From a virus: a stretch of 64,000 nucleotides of DNA. The DNA is taken from IMG/VR virus record IMGVR_UViG_3300009545_000002, positions 9,388 to 73,387 of that record; one strand, written 5' to 3'. A program made the position numbers and the translations under genes. This document shows positions 41,507 to 49,746 of this stretch, one piece after another. Numbering within the stretch: the stretch's first letter is position 1; every line of letters begins with the position of its first letter. Under the pieces are notes generated by a model. That model had not been told where the DNA came from and did not search any database. It worked only from the letters and a program-made list of their open reading frames with translations.

Positions 41507-42346
41507 ATGCTTCGGCTCGCGCAGATGCGCGTGCCCCTGGATCGCGATCGGGTACGGCAGCGGCGGCTCTTTGCCGAAGTGCGTTCGGTACCAGGTCGCA
41601 TGAAAGTCAGACAGGAACTGCTTCACCGCGTAGCGCTGCGCCCGCATGTCGATCTGACCTGGTGGCAGCTTGCCGGCGGCGTAGTGCTTGTGCGCCTCCG
41701 TCGTCTTGGCCACGCGCGCGAGTCCGGCCGCCGCGGCCGCGGTGTTGCCCAGCGCCTCGTTGCGCTCGACTTCATAGGCCTTGCGCTGGCGATAGAGAGC
41801 GCCGTACACGCATCCGGGCTGGTTGCTGAATTTCAGGAAGGACTGCCCGACCTTCCAGCACAGTACCTTCAGCTTGGCATTGAAGGGACGCTTCGTCTTC
41901 TTCTCCCACTTCGTGGTCGGATCGAGTCCGGCGAAGCGCCAGATATGGCCGACCGTCGGCGCCTTCGTGATATCGATGTGGGCCAGCAGTCCGGCTGCGA
42001 TCACCGGCCCGATGCCGTAGACCTCGTGCAGCCATGGTCCCATCGCATGCTGGCGCGAATAGACGTCGAGCGCGCGCTTGATCTCGTTCTCCATCGTCTG
42101 CAGCTGCTTGAACAGCCAGTCGAGCATCGCATGTCCGTCGCCCTGATCGGCTGACTGGTCGATGCTGCGCATCTGCGCGGACGATGCGATGCGGTAATCC
42201 TGGAGCTGGTAGTAGGCGTCGACCATGAAGCGGATCTCTTGGCCCTTCAGCGTCTTTGCCGCCTGCAGCACGTCGCGCGCTGGCCTGGCAATGGACTCGA
42301 GGGAGATCGGTGCCTCGGGGATGCCTTTGTCTTCGTCGTCGCTCAT
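41504..42346 (-). CDS. TasA-like Nop-domain RNA-binding protein (IS110 C-terminal-like, no nuclease domain)
   Basis: Coiled coil (YYQLQDYRIA...LQTMENEIKRAL), then VYGIGPVIAAGLLA, WRFAGLDP, FNAKLK, YGALYRQRK, RAQRYAVKQFL; no DEDD RuvC or HNH domain; flanked by arrays. Confidence 0.85.
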   Translation of the reverse strand: MSDDEDKGIPEAPISLESIARPARDVLQAAKTLKGQEIRFMVDAYYQLQDYRIASSAQMRSIDQSADQGDGHAMLDWLFKQLQTMENEIKRALDVYSRQHAMGPWLHEVYGIGPVIAAGLLAHIDITKAPTVGHIWRFAGLDPTTKWEKKTKRPFNAKLKVLCWKVGQSFLKFSNQPGCVYGALYRQRKAYEVERNEALGNTAAAAAGLARVAKTTEAHKHYAAGKLPPGQIDMRAQRYAVKQFLSDFHATWYRTHFGKEPPLPYPIAIQGHAHLREPKH

Positions 42347-42394
42347 TGGGTGTGGTCCTCTCGTGGTGATTGGCTGCATGCCAGCCCGGCATGC

Positions 42395-42875
42395 TGGGTC
42401 GCTCTACTTCGATGGGTGCTCTCGGCGTGGGTGGCTCGCTCAGGTTCGCTGGTTCTCTCTCAGTGTTTGGCTCGCTCGTTCACTATGGTTCGCTCCGATC
42501 GATGGGCTCGCTCAACACTGATGGTCCACTCCCACTTGTTGGCTCGCTCGGGGATGCTGGTTCTCTCGACCGCAATGGCTCACTCACTGCCTCTGGTGCT
42601 CTCGGTAAGTCTGGCTCGCTCAGTCGCAATGGTCCGCTCGCGAAACCTGGCTCGCTCGTCACGCATGGTTCGCTCGTTGAATATGGCTCGCTCGCAATGC
42701 TTGGTCCTCTCGCTCTGTGCGGCTCGCTCCGCGCTCTCGGTGCTCTCCGGTCTGTTGGCTCGCTCGACCATCTTGGTGCTCTCAGCGAATACGGGCTCGC
42801 TCGTTGTGCATGGTTCCCTCACGGCTCGGTGGCTCGCTCCGGCTTCGTGGTTCTCTCGTGATTTTTGGCTCGCTA
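42395..42875 (-). ncRNA. TIGR-like dual-repeat guide array 1 (about 13 units of 36 nt)
   Basis: Same two alternating 10-nt repeats with variable 7-9 nt spacers. Confidence 0.88.
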
Positions 42876-43316
42876 CTGCGGCGCCGCCAGCAAGTTCGCG
42901 GTGCTGACGTGCTCGAGGACTGTCCGGCCGTTGGGCAGCAGGATCTGACCCAAGAACGCGCCTTCGAAAGTCAGGATGCCGACTTCCACCGCAGTGACCT
43001 GGCCCTTGATCCAGTCGCGCAGCACCGAGCAGACCGAGACCTGGGCCTGGTCCAGCGCGCGCCGCTCGTGCTCAATCTTCGTTCGCCGGTGTCGGCTCGG
43101 GTTGTACGGGTACTCCTTGAGCCAGGCCGCGGCGTATCCGCGGTAGCTGGCCTTCACGGTCACGTCGCGAGTGCGATAGGTGAACTGCACGATCAGCTCG
43201 CCGAGCTCGTTGTCCGTCATCGTGCCGAAGCGCGAGCAGCCGAAGCGCGTCAAGACCTTGCGGATCTCGTCGAGCGCGCCGGCGCCCGAGGTCGCGCCTT
43301 CATACGGCAGGGCCAT
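42873..43316 (-). CDS. hypothetical phage protein
   Basis: EIRKVLTRFGC, SVLRDWIKGQVTAVEVGILTFEGAFL; stop codon overlaps first array repeat. Confidence 0.7.
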   Translation of the reverse strand: MALPYEGATSGAGALDEIRKVLTRFGCSRFGTMTDNELGELIVQFTYRTRDVTVKASYRGYAAAWLKEYPYNPSRHRRTKIEHERRALDQAQVSVCSVLRDWIKGQVTAVEVGILTFEGAFLGQILLPNGRTVLEHVSTANLLAAPQ

Positions 43317-43331
43317 CGCCAGCTCCCGCGT

Positions 43332-44042
43332 TCATGGCTGGCCGATGGCGCCGCTGGTGGTCGTGCCATGCCGCTCGACGAACTCGTCGGTCGCGTCCTT
43401 CGGCTTGCGCGACTTCTTGTCGGCGGGCTTGTTGATCGGCACGCCGTTGACCGCGCCAGAGCTCTCGGCAAACGGCCAGTTCGGATCGCCGCCGCTCTCT
43501 TCGCTGGGTGCGGAATCGAGCATCGCCTGGCTCTCGGCCGACGGCACCATCATCGCCTGCACTTCGTGCTTGAGCATCGCCGACAGCTTGCCGACCGCGC
43601 GTTCATCCGGCTGCGATCGTTGGACTCGCCAGGTCACTTTGACCGTGCCGCCCTGCTTGCACTCGAGCCTGAAGTTGTTCGCCTTGCAGTCGGTGATTTT
43701 CACGTTCGACTTGCCGGCCAGGCCGTACTCGAAGGTCAGCGTGCACCCTTCTTGATCACCGTGCCATTTCAGGACATCGAGCTCGGGGAAGCGCAGGTCG
43801 GGCGCGTCGTTCGGCTCCTCGAGCTCGAGCGGCACCTGGTCCGGGCGCGGCTGCGGCGTCTTCGACTTGAAGTAGAGCCAGGACTTCAGGCGCGGGTTGA
43901 ACAGCTTCAGCACGTCGTTGTGCATTTCCTTCGACAGCTTGATGTCGATGGCCGGCACCTTTTCGTCGCCGTGGTTCTCGTCGCGCAGGTTGATGTGCTC
44001 GATGATGACGGGCGTCAGATCGGGGAGGGCAAATCGGTTCAC
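43332..44042 (-). CDS. hypothetical phage protein
   Basis: AAAGGAG RBS plus GTG; NLRDENHGDEKVPAIDI, CKQGGTVKV. Confidence 0.7.
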   Translation of the reverse strand: MNRFALPDLTPVIIEHINLRDENHGDEKVPAIDIKLSKEMHNDVLKLFNPRLKSWLYFKSKTPQPRPDQVPLELEEPNDAPDLRFPELDVLKWHGDQEGCTLTFEYGLAGKSNVKITDCKANNFRLECKQGGTVKVTWRVQRSQPDERAVGKLSAMLKHEVQAMMVPSAESQAMLDSAPSEESGGDPNWPFAESSGAVNGVPINKPADKKSRKPKDATDEFVERHGTTTSGAIGQP

Positions 44043-44068
44043 TTTGGGACTCCTTTGATTGGGGCGAT

Positions 44069-45148
44069 TCAGACTTCTTGCAGGACGATGCGCTTCGACT
44101 CGATGAGGCCCCGGTTGACCTCGCCGAGCACTGCAATCCCGAGCTGACTGATTCCCTTGTTGGCCGACTGGGCCTTCGAGATTGCATCCATGAGCTTGTG
44201 CGCGCCGATCTTGCGCATGCGCGCATTGAGAGTCGGGTTCTCGACGCCGCCCTCGATGCGGCGATCGAGGTAGTCCAAGGCCTTGATCAGCTCGCCGAAG
44301 ATCGGCGCGCCGGGCGTGATGTCTTGCATGCAGCACAGCACGGCTTCGCAGCGCCGCATGTCGCGCTTCGCCATGCCGTAGACGTAGGCGATCGCGGCCA
44401 GCTGGTTGGCCCCCTTCGCTGCGCGAGCCACCACGTCGATGCCGAGTGCGCATAGGGCCTGGTCCAGCTGAATCGCGATCGGGTCTTCGCCTGTCACGAG
44501 CGCACGATATTTGTCGGAGGCATGCACGCCGCTGCGGTTGATGTTGATCGCCGCGAAGATGCGCGCTTCGTGGTTGATGCCCTGGCTCTCGAAGACAAGG
44601 CAGTTCAACTCGGTCAACTCGACTCGCCGCTGTGAAGCCATCCAGCGGTTTTGCCCGTCGACGATATAGAATTCGTCGCCGCGCTGCGCGACGGTCAGCG
44701 CGCCGAATGCAACCATGTCCAGCGCGGCGGCGATCTGATCGACTTTCGTCTGGCTGACGGTGTTGCGCTGGTAGGTCGTGCAGATGCTGAGCTTCGCCTT
44801 GTGCAAGCGCATCGGACGCAGTTCGCCGGTGATGGGGAGCCACTCGCGCTTGAGTGCATCGGCTGCCGAGTCGAGGGAGTGCTCAACGTAGGCCTCGTGC
44901 TGCGGCAAAGCGGGCGGTCCGGAGTCTGAAAGCTGCTGCACGTGCGGCAGCTTGAGTAGCCTCTGCCGGCGCCAGAACCCAGCAGCGCCAGACACCGTCG
45001 AGAGCCATTTGCCGAGTCCGGGATTCGAGGCCAGCATCTCTTTCAGGTAGTCGCGCGAGGTCCAGTGAGCGCGAGCGCCCTCGGGGATCCGCGCGCAGAC
45101 TCGGCGCAGTTCAGCTTCCGCTGTTTGTTGCCGGCGAGCTGTGTTCAT
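44069..45148 (-). CDS. ParB/Srx-like domain protein (DUF6551-like)
   Basis: YQRNTVSQTKV, FGALTVAQR, YIVDGQNRWMA, EARIFAAIN. Confidence 0.75.
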   Translation of the reverse strand: MNTARRQQTAEAELRRVCARIPEGARAHWTSRDYLKEMLASNPGLGKWLSTVSGAAGFWRRQRLLKLPHVQQLSDSGPPALPQHEAYVEHSLDSAADALKREWLPITGELRPMRLHKAKLSICTTYQRNTVSQTKVDQIAAALDMVAFGALTVAQRGDEFYIVDGQNRWMASQRRVELTELNCLVFESQGINHEARIFAAININRSGVHASDKYRALVTGEDPIAIQLDQALCALGIDVVARAAKGANQLAAIAYVYGMAKRDMRRCEAVLCCMQDITPGAPIFGELIKALDYLDRRIEGGVENPTLNARMRKIGAHKLMDAISKAQSANKGISQLGIAVLGEVNRGLIESKRIVLQEV

Positions 45149-46082
45149 CTTGTTCGCTCCGGTTGATGATGGTCAGCGTGTTGAGCACGTTGCGAAGGAA
45201 GGGCATCCCCATGTGCAAGTTAGCTGCGACTCCTATCCGCTGCTCGTGGGTGAGAACGCGCAGCAGCCCATCGGCCGACACATTGGCCCTTGCAAGCACG
45301 CGAAGCGCGTCAGCCACATTCAGCAGTCGCTCGGCAGTCTCGCGGGCGTGCTGGCGTTCTTCTTCCAGCGTGCGCCGAATGGGGACTACCACCGATGAAT
45401 GCTGGCCAGGCGCAAGCGCGGCGCGCCGCTGCGCCATGGCTTCTTCGCGTGATGCCTGCAGCGCGGCCTCACGGTCCTTCAGGCGATCACGCGAAGCGAG
45501 CCATGCTGATTCGATCGTCAGCTCGCCGGCAACCACGCGGACGGCCAGGTCAGGCGACACCTTGACGACGCGCCATAGCTTCTTCTGCGTGGCTTCGCAC
45601 AACGTGCGCTTGCCGAGATAGTCTTTCGCACGGTGCTCGATGTCGAGAGCGCATGGGTTTTGATTCCACTGGACTACGCGGGCGCGAAGGTCGCGGCTCG
45701 ACTTGCCTTCACGCTGCGCCCAATCGAGCATTTCGTCGGCTACGTCCCCAGGCAACGCAGCGACCTCTGCATGATGGGTGAATGAAAGAACTTGCCGGCG
45801 CCGGCAAGTTTCTTTGAAGGCCCTTGCGGTTGTGGCCGCATGAGCGCAAGTCTGAAACGACGGCCCGCGCCAGTCCGGCGCTTCGGTCAATGCCTTGCGG
45901 TTGCCATAGGTGCGATCACCATAGGCCCAGAGGTCGCCGAGCTGCCATTGGTGCCGATTGTGCTGTTCGCTGATCTGGTGAAGCGCGGCGAGCCAATCTT
46001 CTTCGGGCATCGGCTCCTCTGGCGGGAGCCATCCGTTTTCGGTGAAGGTACCCATATCCATCCTAGGCCCAGTCATTGTCAA
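45111..46082 (-). CDS. putative DNA-binding protein (LmbU-like N-domain)
   Basis: WQLGDLWAYG, LSFTHHAEVAAL, LDWA....SSRDLR. Confidence 0.6.
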   Translation of the reverse strand: MTMTGPRMDMGTFTENGWLPPEEPMPEEDWLAALHQISEQHNRHQWQLGDLWAYGDRTYGNRKALTEAPDWRGPSFQTCAHAATTARAFKETCRRRQVLSFTHHAEVAALPGDVADEMLDWAQREGKSSRDLRARVVQWNQNPCALDIEHRAKDYLGKRTLCEATQKKLWRVVKVSPDLAVRVVAGELTIESAWLASRDRLKDREAALQASREEAMAQRRAALAPGQHSSVVVPIRRTLEEERQHARETAERLLNVADALRVLARANVSADGLLRVLTHEQRIGVAANLHMGMPFLRNVLNTLTIINRSEQDEHSSPATNSGS

Positions 46083-46398
46083 AAGTGATCACCACGTCGC
46101 CGACGATCTCGTGCGTCGTGCCGGGCACGCAGTTCTGCCAATAGAGCTCGGTCGCCTTCCGGTTGACCGGCTTGAGCGCCTTGGTCGGGCGCTGCTCGAA
46201 GTGGCCCGGGCTGTGCTCGATCCACTCGACTTCGTAGCCCTGATCGTCGACGCACATCACCTGCAGCGGCGGGCCCAGGTGGCGCAGGCTGACCACGTCG
46301 ATCGTCCGTGCGCCTATCAGTCTGCGGATCTCGTCATGCGGAATCGGCTTGTCGAAATTCACCTCGGTGCCGTCGGTGCGGATGAGGCGCCGGCTCAT
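46063..46398 (-). CDS. DUF3846-like protein
   Basis: MCVDDQG, KPVNRKATELY, IVGDVVI. Confidence 0.65.
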   Translation of the reverse strand: MSRRLIRTDGTEVNFDKPIPHDEIRRLIGARTIDVVSLRHLGPPLQVMCVDDQGYEVEWIEHSPGHFEQRPTKALKPVNRKATELYWQNCVPGTTHEIVGDVVITFDNDWA

Positions 46399-47534
46399 GC
46401 TTCGCCCCACTCCTGCTTGTAGACGGCGGCCAGCTGCTCGAGCTCTTCGGGATCCAGCACGCCGCGCGCCTGGTCGAGCACCAGCGCCGCCGTCTCGGCG
46501 GATGTCGCGGTGCGGATGCCGTACTCGCACTCGGCGAAGGCGCGGACCGACTTTTCAGCGCCGGCGGTCTGCTGCTCTTGCTGGCTATGCTCGCGCTCCG
46601 CCGGCTCCTCGACGGCTGCGCCGCCGCTGCCGCCCTTGCGCGGCCGCGTGGCGCGCTGGCGCGGCGCCGGGGCATCGGGCGCCGGCGGCTGTGGCGGCGG
46701 ATCGATCTCGCCCGTGTCCTCGTCGATCGCGGCGAACGGCGGCGGGACGTACGAATTCGAGATCGCGTCCTGCAGGCCCAGCTGCTGCACGCCGCGCGAG
46801 GCCGCGTCGTCCAGCGCGAGCGCGCTCGCCAGCTCCGGCGACTTCGGCAGGTATTTGCAGATCCGGCGCAGCACCGTCTTGCGCGCCATCTCGTCCCAGT
46901 CGGTGTCCCAGGGGGTCTGCTTGCCGAAGCGGGACGCGGTCTGCACGTTCTGCGACCGCGCCTTGATGCGCTGGATGTCGGCGAGCGTCATGAGCTCGGC
47001 GTGCGAGCCGCCGCCCTTCAGGCGCGCCACGGCGTAGACCAGCCGCACCGGGCCGGCATCGCCGTCGAGGAACGGCCGGTGCACGATGCCTGGCTCGGTG
47101 CCCCACTGAACCTCGAACTGGTCGTTCGTGCGCACCAGGTGCGCCGAGATCGACTCCACCAGGCCGGAGCGGCGCACGAGCTCGAGCAGCCCCTGGTAGC
47201 CGATCTGCAGCGTGCAGATGTAGACGCCCTCGCGGTTCTTGTACGGGATCAGGTAGCACTCGCCCATCAGCCCCGGCCGCAGCCCGAGCTGCGAGGCCTG
47301 GATCACGCACGAGAACACCGAGATCGGCGGGCACTCGGCGAGCCGCGGGTTCAGCGAGAAGCACGTCAGCGCGATGCGCATCATCGTGTCGGCGTTGAGG
47401 TGCCGCGGCAAGGCGCGGGCGATCTCGTTCCGGCGCGCTTCGAGCATGGTGCGGAAGTTGTCCGCGCCGCCGCGTCGCGTGACTTCACCGGCGGCGACGT
47501 TCTTCAGCGTGGTGGTCGGGAGGGGAGCGTTCAT
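46395..47534 (-). CDS. recT: RecT single-strand annealing protein
   Basis: ALPRHL, ASQLGLRP, CYLIPY, IGYQGLLELVRRSG, DEMARKTVLRRICKYLPKS. Confidence 0.93.
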   Translation of the reverse strand: MNAPLPTTTLKNVAAGEVTRRGGADNFRTMLEARRNEIARALPRHLNADTMMRIALTCFSLNPRLAECPPISVFSCVIQASQLGLRPGLMGECYLIPYKNREGVYICTLQIGYQGLLELVRRSGLVESISAHLVRTNDQFEVQWGTEPGIVHRPFLDGDAGPVRLVYAVARLKGGGSHAELMTLADIQRIKARSQNVQTASRFGKQTPWDTDWDEMARKTVLRRICKYLPKSPELASALALDDAASRGVQQLGLQDAISNSYVPPPFAAIDEDTGEIDPPPQPPAPDAPAPRQRATRPRKGGSGGAAVEEPAEREHSQQEQQTAGAEKSVRAFAECEYGIRTATSAETAALVLDQARGVLDPEELEQLAAVYKQEWGEA

Positions 47535-47540
47535 CAGGTG

Positions 47541-47765
47541 TCATTCCTTCATGAAGGTTGTATTTGTCGGCAGTCCTGGCCATGAGCTGGGCTCGTGCGC
47601 GCGCTGCCGCAGCATCGCGTCGGCCATTTCGTAAGCGGCCTCGGCGACCTCGTCCAGGGTGATGTCCCCCTTGTAGGCCACCAGAAGCCCCTGCATCGCT
47701 TTGCCGGCAAAGTAGTCGCGCAGGTCGACCAGCATTCCGACCGGAGCTGGGTGCATGGCGGTCAA
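47541..47765 (-). CDS. small phage protein (LRDYFA family)
   Basis: DLRDYFAGKAMQG...AYEMADAML. Confidence 0.75.
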   Translation of the reverse strand: MTAMHPAPVGMLVDLRDYFAGKAMQGLLVAYKGDITLDEVAEAAYEMADAMLRQRAHEPSSWPGLPTNTTFMKE

Positions 47766-48700
47766 TCGCCGCGGTAGGTGAAGGCCCAGCCGGGCAGGTC
47801 GATCAGCTGGATCTCATCTCCGTAGCCTGGCCAGACGCCTCGGCGCCGGCAGGCCGCGTATCGATCGAGGTTTCGCCGGTAATCTTCACGGCCTTGCTCG
47901 CGGCTGCGATCGTCGAGCATCATCGCCTGCGCCAGAAACGGCCACTCGGTCTCCACCGCCACGAACACGAAGGCCAGCACGTCGACCTTCGCCGCGATCT
48001 CGTAGCCGTCGGAGTAGAAGGCGTCCTGCACGTGGTAGCGCTTGCGTGCGACCTGGCGGCGAAACTCGTTCGCGCTCGCGTCGGCGTAGGTCTTGACGTC
48101 GAGCAACCCGACGCGGCTGCCGCCGAAATCGGCCACCCAGTCCGGGCGGCAGCGGCACGCCTCGCCGGTCTCCTGGTCGATCCACATGGCCGAGACCTCG
48201 GAGCGGCCGTGCCCGAGCGCCTCGGCCACGTCCGGCAGCCGGCGCATGTTCTGCGCCTGGCGCATCGCGGTCTCGTACTGCGCGGCCGTGATGATCACCT
48301 TGCCGCTGTGGCGCTGGCCGAACTCGCTCCACCAGGCCATTGCGGCCACGCTCTCCGAGCTCGGGTTTTTGGCGTTCCACTGCGCCTCGGTCGGCCGGCG
48401 CGGCGCGTTCGGCGGCACGGTGATGTAGCGGGAAAGGAAGGCCTCGGGCTCGAGCAGTGCGCAATGCGCCAGCTGGCCCTCGAGCTGACCGGCACGTTCT
48501 TTACGTGGCGGCCGCATCGGATCGAGGTAACCCGCGAAATAGTGCGCAGGACTGCGGTTTATCAAGTCGAGTCCCGACTTCGAGATGCCGGGCATCGCGT
48601 GATACACATCGATGTCGATGCCGTGGGCAATACCCGGGAAAGTACTCGGTACCAGGTCGGCGGCAGTGGCCACATGCAGGCGTTCGACGACTTCGTTCAT
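47762..48700 (-). CDS. RecE/exonuclease VIII-like PD-(D/E)XK nuclease
   Basis: YHAMPGISKSGL, CRCRPDW, LLDVKT, RYHVQDAFY, FVFVAVE. Confidence 0.9.
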   Translation of the reverse strand: MNEVVERLHVATAADLVPSTFPGIAHGIDIDVYHAMPGISKSGLDLINRSPAHYFAGYLDPMRPPRKERAGQLEGQLAHCALLEPEAFLSRYITVPPNAPRRPTEAQWNAKNPSSESVAAMAWWSEFGQRHSGKVIITAAQYETAMRQAQNMRRLPDVAEALGHGRSEVSAMWIDQETGEACRCRPDWVADFGGSRVGLLDVKTYADASANEFRRQVARKRYHVQDAFYSDGYEIAAKVDVLAFVFVAVETEWPFLAQAMMLDDRSREQGREDYRRNLDRYAACRRRGVWPGYGDEIQLIDLPGWAFTYRGD

Positions 48701-48852
48701 GTCATGACTCCCGCGAGATAGCCGAGACCGAAAAAGACCAGGTAGATGATCGCGATGGTGAGTCTCGAGCACTGCCGGCTGATCGCGTCGGGCCGCACCT
48801 GCTCGACGGCGCAGCTGTAGTCGACGTCGTTCGCGTTCGGGCGCCCGCTCAT
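48697..48852 (-). CDS. small membrane protein
   Basis: C-terminal TM segment; ATGA overlaps. Confidence 0.45.
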   Translation of the reverse strand: MSGRPNANDVDYSCAVEQVRPDAISRQCSRLTIAIIYLVFFGLGYLAGVMT

Positions 48853-49166
48853 GACTGCCCTCTTCGGGCATTGATGACGCGTGCCAGGCAAAGCCAGGCC
48901 CGGTCAGGCGTGCGGTGCGGCCCCTGGCAGGGCACGTGCTCTCCCCCGATGAAGCACTCGTAACTGCTGCCGACCAGGCGCACCACGGCACTCGGCTCGA
49001 TGCTCAGGACGAGCGGTTTGAACTTCTGTCGGCGCGGCCGTAAATGCTTGTCTTCGGTGATCTTGAAGCGCGAGTCATACGCGTTGTCATGGCTGGCAAT
49101 GGCTTGCGCAAGCGAGTCTGTGCTGTCGCGCACAGACGTCCCACTGATCGTCTCCATCGACGTCAT
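48849..49166 (-). CDS. hypothetical protein, first gene of leftward arm
   Basis: Downstream of leftward promoter; start uncertain. Confidence 0.45.
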   Translation of the reverse strand: MTSMETISGTSVRDSTDSLAQAIASHDNAYDSRFKITEDKHLRPRRQKFKPLVLSIEPSAVVRLVGSSYECFIGGEHVPCQGPHRTPDRAWLCLARVINARRGQS

Positions 49167-49216
49167 CCCGTTGTTGTTGGTAGGGGTCGAGTCAATTCGA
49201 TGACTAGACCGTGACA

Positions 49217-49395
49217 ACCGTAGCAACAGAATGCCCGCAGTCAAGACCTCCACGATCGTCGCGGATATTCGAGGCCTGATGACAGCGTCGATCGATCCGC
49301 GTATAAGCGCGCGCGACCGCAGCGGGCGCCCTTCGCACTACGAGCATCAGGGCTTTCACGCTGGGTCTTGACGGGCGGGAAAGCGTTACTACGTT
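49217..49395. promoter_or_regulatory. back-to-back divergent promoters (PL/PR-like)
   Basis: Minus TTGACT-N16-TACGGT (49244..49217); plus TTGACG-N16-TACGTT (49368..49395); both are preceded by GGTC. Confidence 0.6.
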
Positions 49396-49403
49396 TGCAG
49401 GGG

Positions 49404-49727
49404 GTGGACACCTCACCCAACATCGATCTCACGTTCCCGTTCGACATCGGGGAACAGCGCAGGGCCCAGACGAAAGCGCGGCGGGCAACGCGGCGCACCG
49501 TTCGGGTCGATCTCGGCCTGGATCACGCCGTGCAGCAGCTGCTCGAGGAGCACCGCGGGCAGTGGCGTGCCATCGAGCTCGCGACCGGCGTGTCGCACTC
49601 GTGGCTGAGCAAATTCACCAACGGCAAGATCGTCAACCCGGGCTACGCGACGCTGAAGCACATCCATGCGCTGCTGAGCCAGCCGGAGCGACGCTCGTCG
49701 AGGTCCGCCGAAGCGGAGGCAGCATGA
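49404..49727 (+). CDS. Cro/XRE-like HTH regulator
   Basis: WRAIELATGVSHSWLSKFTNGKIVNPGYATL; first rightward gene. Confidence 0.75.
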   Translation: MDTSPNIDLTFPFDIGEQRRAQTKARRATRRTVRVDLGLDHAVQQLLEEHRGQWRAIELATGVSHSWLSKFTNGKIVNPGYATLKHIHALLSQPERRSSRSAEAEAA

Positions 49728-49746
49728 CCGGTCAACGGAGGTATTG

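Noticed and set aside
41504-42346. IS110 insertion sequence transposase
   Set aside because: No DEDD RuvC domain or catalytic Ser motif; flanks are guide-like arrays rather than IS ends
40698-42875. CRISPR array
   Set aside because: Repeats are 10 nt and of two alternating types, spacers are about 8 nt, and there are no cas genes
40716-42907. Repetitive ORFs across the arrays (LARS/GSL/SEP repeats)
   Set aside because: Products of the 36-nt period; indels shift frames and there are no convincing RBSs
49280-49410. Short matches of array spacers (gcagggg, cgatcgat) to the switch region
   Set aside because: Only single 7-8 nt matches with no adjacent match to the partner spacer where checked; expected by chance
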